Made by a program: the position numbers and the translations under genes. Under the pieces are notes generated by a model. It ran no database searches. It saw only the letters and a list, made by a program, of their open reading frames with translations, and was not told the DNA's origin. From an uncultured Ignavibacteriaceae bacterium (lineage in GTDB: Bacteria > Bacteroidota > Ignavibacteria > Ignavibacteriales > Ignavibacteriaceae), in contig CAVYHS010000007.1 in the NCBI GenBank assembly GCA_963768365.1, positions 76,248-140,247 of the forward strand: DNA of 64,000 nucleotides. Direction: 5' to 3'. Position 1 is the first letter of the stretch. Each line of letters opens with the position of its first letter. Of the stretch, positions 22,815 through 31,654 are shown piece by piece.

Positions 22815-23794
22815 CTAAAACGTGTTTTTCTTTCTCATCCTGTTAATAATAATTTCTGCGATCAGATTCAGGAAAAAAGTAAACGTGAATAAAACAATTC
22901 CAATAAAGAATAATGAGAAATAATGATCTGAACCCTGCGAGACCTCACCCATCTCTGCGGCAATAGTAGCAGTCATCGTTCGAACACTAAGGAAGATATT
23001 TGAAGTAATATTAGCAGCATTACCGGCGCACATAAGAACTATCATAGTTTCTCCAATTGCTCTACCAAATCCAAGAATAATACTTGCTGAAACACCACTG
23101 AATGCAGCGGGCAAAATCACCTTGCTGATGGTTTGCCATTTTGTGGCACCTAATCCATAAGAAGCCATTCTGAGTTCGTTAGGAATTGAGTGCAGCGCAT
23201 CTTCAGTTAGTGATGCAATTATGGGTATAATTACAAACGACAACCCGATTGCAGCAACGAATGCATTTAACCTGTTTGCCGGATTTAAAAGATCATTGAA
23301 AAATGATGCACCAATAACCAACATAATAAACCCAAGTACGACCGTTGGTATTCCTGCAAACAACTCTATCATTGGTTTGAGGAATTCTTTAAGCTTAGGG
23401 TTAGCAACTTCAGAAAGATAAATACCTGCCCCAACACCAAGTAAAGTTGAAATAACTGTTGCCGGAAAAGCCGTAAGAAATGTTCCTATCAAAAGAGGAA
23501 TCAGTGAGTATCTTGGTTCTTCAGATGTTGGATACCATTCAAAAACTTTTTCTACTGATTCCGGATGCATCTGCTCTATCAAAGTAAAGAAAATCCAAAA
23601 GACCGATATGATCTAAAGCTCTGAAATCCTTCTTTAAATAGAAAGATGAATATCAGGATAATAAAAATCAGCGCCATCGTTCCATTCACAGCAAAAAAGA
23701 ATTTTATTGCTGATTCTTTTACCCTGGTAAACTTTTTTATCTTTTTAGCGTACTTTGAATTAGCCGATTTAGAGTAAAAATCTTTTTCTTCCAT
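22815..23794 (-). pseudogene. pstC: Phosphate ABC transporter permease PstC, one break near 23580
   Basis: ORFs 23579..23794 and 22815..23582 abut. The EAA-loop is ...[32 protein letters not shown]... Confidence 0.85.
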
Positions 23795-23825
23795 TATGAC
23801 ATCAAAAATAATAAATCAAACTGTT

Positions 23826-24925
23826 CTATAAGAATTGAAAGTAAAAAGTAATTCTGCCAGTTAATGATGGATCAATGGTTATACCATCTTCAGGCTGTTC
23901 ATAAGTTTCAAAGAGAAAGTTTGGAGTTATTGCAACCTTTTCATTTAGAACAAAGCTTAAACCTGCAATGAACAGATTCCTTGCATCACCTCTAAAATCA
24001 CCTGAAATATTCGGATCGTAATAATCGTATCTGCCGACACCCACAAGCATATCTGTAAACTTGTACCATCCAAACAAAGATATACCTAAAGCATTTCTAT
24101 TTTGGATTACATAATCATGTTTCCTGTGATTTCAATTGCATCATTGTAATGTAACCTGCCAAGAATGATTCGACACCAACTGGAAAATTTATCTTTCTCC
24201 TGATAACCTAAGAAAAGATCCGTTGTTAGTGCATCGTTATTAAAGTTCTGATCAACCAATGTGTACTCTTTATTAGCTTTAAATCTATAATCACCATAAA
24301 GAGTTAATCTCCACTCTTTACTTGGTTGTAAATCTATCTGTGAATATAATCTTTTAAATCTATCTCCCTCAAATGCCAGGGAGCTGCCATTTCCATACAT
24401 CAACCAATATCTAATACTTCCGGAAGAGGTCAATTTTCCCTTAAGAGATGCACCTAAATCTCTTGAGCCTACAATTCTTCTTAAATCCATTATTGTTCTT
24501 TCAAGAGATCTGTAGCCCCAATAACTTTCTGAAACATCGAAAGCCGGAGTTGGTTGAATACCAAAAATAAAATTGCTGCCTTTAAAAATATTTTTCCAAT
24601 TGAGATAAGCATCTTTAACATACGTTACAAATAGAGTGTTGTTTACACTTACAAGTGTTTGAGATTCCAGTCTGAATCTTGTACTGAACTGTTTTGATAT
24701 TGTATAGTCATAATTAAAATAAATTCTTCTGAAATCAAATCCCTGAAGATCCTGAATTCCCGACAGACCGGTATTGTTCAAATTATCTATGGTTGAATCT
24801 CTTAAGATATTGTAAAAATAATCCCCGAACATGTTACCGGAAATTTTTCCTTCGCCAACTTCCTGAGAAAAGTTTGGTGCTGATATAAGCAGGTATAAAA
24901 ATCCTGTAAGAATGATTTTTTTCAT
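23826..24925 (-). pseudogene. Outer-membrane beta-barrel porin embedded in the pst operon, break near 24105
   Basis: ORFs 24107..24925 (signal MKKIILTGFLYLLISAPNFSQ) and 23826..24077 join through the frame ...VIQNRNALGISLFGWYKF... Beta-strand periodicity is present throughout, with the terminal ...GRITFYFQFL*. Phosphate specificity is only inferred from context. Confidence 0.55.
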
Positions 24926-24960
24926 TTTCTCTCTCCTTTTGTTTCGACTTGTTTTTTAAT

Positions 24961-24997
24961 AAAAAAAAAGCTTCCTGCTCTCTCATTCAGGAAGCTT
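24961..24997 (-). terminator. Strong hairpin + T9 between pstS and the porin gene (intra-operon terminator/attenuator)
   Basis: The minus strand has a perfect 10-bp stem AAGCTTCCTG / CAGGAAGCTT (24968..24977 with 24988..24997) and a 10-nt loop. A run of nine T follows immediately (complement of 24961..24969). Confidence 0.8.
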
Positions 24998-25008
24998 TAA
25001 ATTCTGAT

Positions 25009-25922
25009 TTAACCTTTAGAAGGTAATGGAATGTATTCCATCGATTCAACTAGTTTTTGCCCCTCGGGTGAGAGGATAAAATCAATATAATTTTTCAGTT
25101 CACCGGTTGCCTGACCATTTGTAAAACAATACAGGTACCTGGAAATTGAATAATCGCCACTCCAAATTGCTTCATAATTTACTTTTCCATTTTCAGCTGG
25201 TGAAATTGCTGGTGAATGAATCGTCTTTCTTTATATGGAGAATTTTTACATCTTTTCTTTCAGCAAAATATCCAACACCGCCGTAACCAATTCCTTTAAC
25301 ATCTCTTGCAACTGCTTCACCTAGATGCTGCTGTTCCCTGAAGTACTTGTGTGGAAGTTGCATAATCAATTTGTTTGCCCGATTCATTTTTCCCAAGAAC
25401 ATGTTCTTTGAAGAATTCATAAGTGCCACTGCTGTTCTCTCTTCCGTATAATGTAATCATCATATCGGGACCGCCAAGCTGTTTCCAGTTGGTAATCTTC
25501 CCGCTGAATATATCACTCACCTGTTTTACTGTAAGATTATCTATCTTGTTATCCGGATGAACAATTAATGCAATTCCATCCAGGGCAACTTCATACACAA
25601 CCGGGGTAACACCTTTTTGTTTTGCAGTTTCGAATTCACTGCTTTTTAATTCTCTTGAAGAGTTTGCAAGATCAAGTGTACCATTTAGCAAAGCAGCAAC
25701 GCCTGTTCCTGATCCACCACCTGTAACCTGAATTGATACGTTTGGATTATTCTGCATATAAACTTCCGCCCACTTTTGTGCAAGATTAACCATTGTATCT
25801 GAACCCTTAACTGAGATTACAGTTTTCTCTACCTCGTTTTCCTTTTTCTTACAGCCGAAAAATAAAATAGGTGTGATTATCAGGAATGACACAAGTAAAT
25901 AAATGATACTTTGTTTAAGCAT
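25009..25922 (-). pseudogene. pstS: Phosphate ABC transporter substrate-binding lipoprotein PstS, 2 breaks
   Basis: ORF 25317..25922 has the signal ...ITPILFFGC and ...SVKGSDTMVNLAQKWAEVY...VTGGGSGTG... The protein continues through ORF 25193..25429 and a third frame ending ...YIDFILSPEGQKLVESMEYIPLPSKG*. Confidence 0.85.
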
Positions 25923-25988
25923 TTTCTATCTCCTTTAAATAAATTTTAAGAAATGAATAAGGAAATATACAGTAAGAAATTGAGGAGA

Positions 25989-26021
25989 ATTATAATATAG
26001 TGTTAAGAAATTGTTAAGAAA
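25989..26021 (-). promoter_or_regulatory. Candidate Pho box (two 11-bp-phased direct repeats) with -10 element upstream of pstS
   Basis: The minus strand reads TTTCTTAACAA TTTCTTAACAC, then 5 nt, then TATAAT (25989..25994). This lies about 70-100 nt upstream of the pstS ATG. The tandem repeat occupies the -35 position, as Pho boxes do in E. coli. Two weaker TTTCTTA copies lie at 25973..25979 and 25947..25953. Confidence 0.45.
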
Positions 26022-26064
26022 GGGATAAAAGTATGGTAATGTCTAAAGGTGGAACTGAAAAAAA

Positions 26065-26963
26065 TCAGGTAAGTTTACTTTTTAAGAACTCTTTAATCAT
26101 TAAATGATTCTTACTCAATTTTCCGTACTTAGCTTTTACAACATCCAGCAAACCAAGTGATTGAATAATATAATTCATCCTAACAAGCTTAAATTTGTCT
26201 TTTTGCTTTGCTTCCTGATTTTTATATCTAATGCTTCAATATGTTTCTTGATTGTATAAATATCACCGCGATCAATTGGGCCAGAGAGTGCTTTTGCTGT
26301 TGATAAATTGAAAACATTATCGAGCGCAGATTGAGTTGTCTGCCTGAGAATATTTTTTGACAGATTACTTTTTGAAGATATCAGAGAGAAAGCGTTAAAA
26401 AGATTTCCGACCAGAAAATTTGAACTGTGAACCGCTGCAAGGTGATGAAAGATCTTTTCATCAGAAGCAATTATGTGGGGTTTTAATTTTAGTTTCGTTG
26501 ACAAGTTATTTAAAAACTCTTTGGCCCTCTTATCTTCCGCTTCGATTGATGCGGGAGAATTTTTAATATCAACTGTATTTCTTGATGGAAATGGTCTGAT
26601 AATATGAAGAGAACCAGTTCCACAACCTTTCTTTTCCAAAGACTTTAATGCGTCAATATTTTCAACCCCGGAAAAATGAACGCAAATGCTTTTGCTGAAA
26701 TCATGTTTTAACTTTGATAATTTTTCGGCAACTTTTTTTATCTCACCATCGGGAACTGTTAAAAAGAAAACATCAACTTCTTTAGGAATTTTGCTTAAAG
26801 AGTTTTCGTGAAGGGGAATTGAAAACTTTTTTGCGAGAAGTTTGGCAGAACTTAGCTTTCTACTAATTACACATTCAATATTGTAACCTGATTTGACAAG
26901 TGCCGGAGTGATGGAATAAGCAAATTTACCGGCTCCAATTATCGCAATACTTTTTTTTATCAA
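26065..26963 (-). pseudogene. Rossmann-like / DUF2520 domain protein, one break near 26215
   Basis: ORF 26175..26963 has ...IAIIGAGKFAYSITPALVKSGY... and ...HHLAAVHSSNFLVGNL... After the ATAAAAATC region the frame shifts to ...YIIQSLGLLDVVKAKYGKLSKNHLMIKEFLKSKLT* (stop at 26065..26067). Confidence 0.6.
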
Positions 26964-26969
26964 TCGGTA

Positions 26970-27797
26970 CTAATCTCCATAAAAAACGGCAGAAAGATAT
27001 CCAACAACTTCCGAGCTATCACCTGTAACATCACCTGAATCACTTCTGTGAAGAACCATAGAATGATGGATGTTTTTAAGATTCGCTGCTTTCATTAATA
27101 CCACAATTGGACCTCCTCCACATGCTTCACAAGTGTGATTTTCAAGATCCTTTTGAAGAGATTCAAAATCGAATTCCCGGACTTTCTTTTCAACTACCGA
27201 ATCAAGTTTATCAGCTTGTGATTTGTTATAAAAATGCGATAAATCCGAGCTTGCAACAATCAATGTTTCATCATCAGAAATTTCAGCTAGTTTTTTAGCA
27301 AGAGTATCAATATTTCTTTTTGTTTGATCTCCCATCACAACAGGAACAATCTTAAAATCTTTAAGTACCGATTGCAGGAAAGGAAGTTGTACTTCAAGCG
27401 CATGTTCTCTTCTGTGTCCTTCATAGCCTATAAAGATTTCACCATCATTTGTAAGAAGTTTGTCACGAAATTCTTTATCAACTTTTAGAATACCGAGAGG
27501 AGTTTCATAAGCATCGCCTTCAAATATGCTGATGCCCGGAAAATATTCTGAATGACTTGGAGAAATAACAACGACTCTTTTATAATTTTTTCCGATTAAA
27601 AGATTATAAGCGTGGGCAGCTGTCTTTCCTGAGTAAACATATCCAGCGTGAGGTGCTACAATTCCAAAAACTTTTTCTACTCTTTCTTTTGGTTTAGTTA
27701 CATCAAGGAGAAGTCCAATATCTTTTCTCAGCTTATCCGGACTTGATGGATAAAAATGTCCTGCAACCTGAGCGGGTCTAATATAATTCATATTCAA
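26970..27797 (-). CDS. amrB: AmmeMemoRadiSam system protein B (Memo-like)
   Basis: Intact 275-aa ORF with ...RPAQVAGHFYPSSPDKLRKDI...GIVAPHAGYVYSGKTAAHAY...SSDLSHF... Its start overlaps the amrA stop by 4 nt. Confidence 0.85.
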   Translation of the reverse strand: MNMNYIRPAQVAGHFYPSSPDKLRKDIGLLLDVTKPKERVEKVFGIVAPHAGYVYSGKTAAHAYNLLIGKNYKRVVVISPSHSEYFPGISIFEGDAYETPLGILKVDKEFRDKLLTNDGEIFIGYEGHRREHALEVQLPFLQSVLKDFKIVPVVMGDQTKRNIDTLAKKLAEISDDETLIVASSDLSHFYNKSQADKLDSVVEKKVREFDFESLQKDLENHTCEACGGGPIVVLMKAANLKNIHHSMVLHRSDSGDVTGDSSEVVGYLSAVFYGD

Positions 27798-28353
27798 CCT
27801 CCTTTTTCTTCTTCTGAAAAAACAAGAGCAGTGAAGACTTTAATATTCAACATTCTTTCCTTCCAGTAATTTCCATACAGCCCCGCTTTATGACAAAGAG
27901 CTGTTAGAAATTGTGAGCGATTATAATTTTGTTCTGTTGCAACCTGCGGAAGAAGAACTGCTCTTCCTCCTTCTTCCAGCAAAAGTCCATGCTTGCCGAC
28001 TTCAATTTCATCATAAATTTTGATTGGTTCAAATTGTGAGAGAACAGAAATTTCAATTGAAACTTCATCAAGTTCATCTCTGCTTAATTCCGCGAAAACG
28101 TTGGGTCACCGAAAGCAGAATGTTTAGCTGCTTCAACTATTGTTTCGAATAAAGGTTTCTGAGCAATTATATAACCAATGCATCCTCTGAGATCATTGTT
28201 AATGTGCAATGTAACGAAAGCACCCAGTTCCATTTTCAGTTTTGGATAAGCTTTATAATCAATCTTAGTTACATCACATTCACTGAATTCTTCCAGAATT
28301 GATTCTCGTGCAGCTTTAAGTAGTATTTCTTTTTCTTCGGTTGATAATTCCAT
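27794..28353 (-). pseudogene. amrA: AmmeMemoRadiSam system protein A (AMMECR1 domain), two 1-nt insertions at ~28095-28102
   Basis: ORF 28084..28353 has ...GAFVTLHINNDLRGCIGYI... ending ...SAFGDP. The frame carrying ORF 27794..27982 is open upstream and reads ...FAELSRDELDEVSIEISVLSQFEPI...GKHGLLLEEGGRAVLLPQVA... Removing two bases restores GDPRF-AELSRDEL. Confidence 0.8.
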
Positions 28354-28364
28354 TTTATCACCTG

Positions 28365-29192
28365 TTAATTAAGAATCTTGTAAACTACAAGCCTGGTCTT
28401 TCCGAACAAAAGAAACAGAAGTTCATCCTTAACAAAGAATGAATCGGTTAAAAACAGACTCGTTTCTTTATTGATTACCTCTTCTAAAATATACTTTCCG
28501 GTGGATAAATCAACTGCTTTAAATAGATTGGTCAAAGACCCGCGAGAATTAGCTTCGTGAAAACTCATCATCAATAAATGATTTTTTATTATAAATTCGA
28601 CTTTTCCCGAAATCACAAAATCATTCCTCAAAGTTTTAATGAATTCACTTGCCGGATTTTGATCGCTAGAATCTGATTCGAATGTTTCAGGAAATAAGTA
28701 GCTGTTGTTACTTTCATTAACCATAGATTCACTGCGAAGATTATTAACCTGCTCATAGTTTTCGCCAATATCTTCCAGTATCTCTCCGTTAATAGAATTG
28801 AGGCAATAATAATTTCTCCCTTCAAACTTTTCTTTGTATGCATATAATTTATAATCAAATATAAAAAGGAAAATTAACTCCGGATTTTGCCAGACCAACT
28901 CCTTCTTCAATACATCATAAGCAAAGATACCTCTGTGCTTCGGCATATCGGGTTTGGCAAACTTATGGAAGAAAATAATGTCATCCTGCACTGCTTCAAT
29001 ACCAACCCAGAATTTATCGTCGAGTTGAAAGCTGTTTAATAATTTTTTACCTGAATCGAGCGAAAGGCAATGAAAGTATGTTTGTTTATTTTCAAGTTCA
29101 CGCTCTTCAATAATAAGCTTACCTTCTTCGGTAGGAATGATTCTCCAGATTTGTCTTTTATTATCAAAGTGATAGTTTTTCTTTAGCTTCAT
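28365..29192 (-). CDS. Hypothetical protein (possibly DUF4905-like)
   Basis: Intact 275-aa ORF with no signal peptide. It begins MKLKKNYHFDNKRQIWRIIP... and contains ...IIFFHKFAKPDMPKHRGIFAYD... The family guess is from memory only. It is wedged 1 nt after tnaA and 11 nt before amrA. Confidence 0.4.
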   Translation of the reverse strand: MKLKKNYHFDNKRQIWRIIPTEEGKLIIEERELENKQTYFHCLSLDSGKKLLNSFQLDDKFWVGIEAVQDDIIFFHKFAKPDMPKHRGIFAYDVLKKELVWQNPELIFLFIFDYKLYAYKEKFEGRNYYCLNSINGEILEDIGENYEQVNNLRSESMVNESNNSYLFPETFESDSSDQNPASEFIKTLRNDFVISGKVEFIIKNHLLMMSFHEANSRGSLTNLFKAVDLSTGKYILEEVINKETSLFLTDSFFVKDELLFLLFGKTRLVVYKILN

Positions 29193-29193
29193 C

Positions 29194-30573
29194 TTATTTC
29201 AAAGGTTGAAACCTTGCTGTAAAATGCCGTAGCATAGGTGCTTCATAAATAATTTTATATCCTCTTAGTTTGCTTCTATTCTTATACACTTCAATGATTA
29301 TTTCAATTAAATAATCAACGTGACTTTGTGTGTACACTCTTCTTGGAATAGCAAGACGAACAAGTTCCATCATTGCCGGGATTAGTTTTCCATCTTTCCC
29401 GTATTTTCCAAACATCACACTTCCTATTTCCACACCTCTTACTCCACCTTCAAGATAAAGTTCACAAACAATCGACTGACCGGGATATTGATCTGCAGGA
29501 AGATCAGGTAAAAATCTTTTTGCATCGATATAAATTGCGTGTCCCCCCGGGGGCTCAATGATCGGAACACCGGCAGAAACTAATCTTTCTCCAAGATATT
29601 CAACGCTTCTGATTCTGTATTCCAAATAATGTTCGTCAACAACTTCAACCAATCCCTGGGCAACTGCTTCAAGATCTCTTCCTGCTAATCCTCCATAAGT
29701 CGGAAAACCTTCTGTAACGATGAGTAAGTTTCTGCATTTCATTGCAAGTTCTTCGTCATTTACTGCAAGAAAACCACCTATGTTTACCAGAGCATCTTTC
29801 TTTGCACTCATTGTTGCGCCATCAGCGTAAGAGAACATTTCCTGAGCAATTTCAAGTACTGATTTATTTTCAAAACCTTTTTCTCTTTTCTTTATGAAGT
29901 ACGCATTTTCTGCAAATCTACATGCATCAAGGAAGAGTGGTATACCATATTTTTTGCACACTGCTTTAACATCCCTAATATTCTGCATCGAAACAGGCTG
30001 GCCACCACCAGAATTATTTGTAACTGTCATCATACAAAGAGGAATATTTTCCACACCTTTTTCTCTAATGAATGCTTCAAGTTTTTCTACATCCATATTT
30101 CCTTTGAAGTCGGCTCTCTGTTCCGGATGTTTTCCAATTTCAGTGAGAAGATCTTCAGCCTCCGCACCTGTAAACTCGATGTTAGCTCTTGTTGTATCGA
30201 AGTGTGTGTTGTTCGGAAAATATTTTCCTTTTCCGCCAACAATCGAAAATAAAATTTTTTCTGCCGCTCTACCCTGGTGAGTCGGGATAATATATTTCAT
30301 ATGAGTTATATTTCTTACTGCCTCTTCAAATCGATAAAAACTTTTAGAGCCAGCGTATGCTTCATCACCTTCCATGATTCCTGCCCATTGTTTCGCACTC
30401 ATAGCAGAAGTTCCGCTGTCCGTCAGTAAATCAATAAGTACATCATCTGCGTGGATCATAAACGGGTTGTAGCCAGCATCAATTAAAATTTTTTCTCTCT
30501 CTTCCCGTGTGGTAAAGCGGATTGGCTCAACTGATTTTATTTTGAATGGTTCGATGATGGTTTTTGGTTTCAT
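29194..30573 (-). CDS. tnaA: Beta-eliminating lyase: tryptophanase (or tyrosine phenol-lyase)
   Basis: Intact 459-aa ORF with ...[30 protein letters not shown]..., ...PTHQGRAAE... and the PLP-lysine region ...[12 protein letters not shown]... The HFDTTR motif (Asp at 30196..30198) matches tryptophanase FFDTTQ rather than tyrosine phenol-lyase YFTTTR. Confidence 0.8.
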   Translation of the reverse strand: [459 protein letters not shown]

Positions 30574-30799
30574 TGTTTATCTCAAATAGATTGGTGATAA
30601 TTACTAATGCAAATTTACAAAATGAAAAGCTACTTTGTTTGGTTTTTCTTCATTAAATCAAATTAGCCAAATTTCATTGAGAATTTTAATTTACAGCTAT
30701 ATGACATCCCTGTATACCGATCAACAAAATAATATTGCCTTTGGTAATAAGATAGAATAACTTTTACTCAAGAATTTTCAACAATTAGTGAGGTGCATT

Positions 30800-31609
30800 A
30801 TGGATTCGAACGAAACTATCACACCAGTTGAGGAAACCCCTGGCGAAAACGGTGAACTCACTCATTCCGATAAAATGATCGGGGTATTTACTGAACCAGC
30901 AAAGACGTTCTTCCTTACTTCAAAATTTCCTCCGCGAACTAAAGATTGGGTTATTCCTGTTTTCATTCTTTTCTTTGTTGCTGCTTTAGTACGAATTATT
31001 GCTATGACGAATGAAGAAGTTTATTTCGATGCAAAGAAACAAGGAATTGAACGCATAGAAAAAATGGTTGAGAGTGGGACCCTGACGCAGGAACAGGGAG
31101 ATGAAGCTATAAATGCAGTTGACCAACAAATGGAATTTATGAATGGACCTGTTGGTTGGGTTATCACAATCGCAACTACACTTATTTTTGGTTTTATAGT
31201 GATAATAATAATAGTTGGCATTTATTATCTGCTTGTCAAATTTTTATTGAAAGGTGAAGGAACATTTTCTTCAGCTCTTGTTGCTAATGGACTTACGATT
31301 TATATCAGCATTCTCCAAATGATAGTTGCTGGTATTTTGACGATGCTTTTAGGAAAAATGATTATGGATACCAGTCTGGCTTCACTTATGGGTAGTGATA
31401 AAATGACGCTAACGGGATGGTTTTTCTCTAAAATTGATCCAATCAGTATTTGGGCGTATATAGTTTTATCAATTGGACTTGCAAAGATGTTTAAATCCGA
31501 ATCAACTGGAAAGTATTATGCACTAGTTTTCGGTGTATGGCTAATTGGAATGTTTATCTTATTCCAGATTGCACAGGCAGTTCCATTCCTGCAGAACTTT
31601 ATACAATAG
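30800..31609 (+). CDS. Yip1-domain integral membrane protein
   Basis: This is ORF 30788..31609. The ATG at 30800 is preferred because AGGTG lies 5 nt upstream. The protein has a soluble N-terminus, then 5 TM helices with a coiled insert after TM1. Confidence 0.55.
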   Translation: MDSNETITPVEETPGENGELTHSDKMIGVFTEPAKTFFLTSKFPPRTKDWVIPVFILFFVAALVRIIAMTNEEVYFDAKKQGIERIEKMVESGTLTQEQGDEAINAVDQQMEFMNGPVGWVITIATTLIFGFIVIIIIVGIYYLLVKFLLKGEGTFSSALVANGLTIYISILQMIVAGILTMLLGKMIMDTSLASLMGSDKMTLTGWFFSKIDPISIWAYIVLSIGLAKMFKSESTGKYYALVFGVWLIGMFILFQIAQAVPFLQNFIQ

Positions 31610-31618
31610 ATTTAATTT

Positions 31619-31648
31619 AATGCCACTTAATTTATTTTGAGTGGCATT
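31619..31648. terminator. Hairpin between convergent Yip1 gene and priA
   Basis: A perfect 9-bp stem AATGCCACT / AGTGGCATT has a 12-nt T-rich loop. No clean flanking T-run is present on either strand, so terminator function is uncertain. Confidence 0.35.
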
Positions 31649-31654
31649 ACCTCA

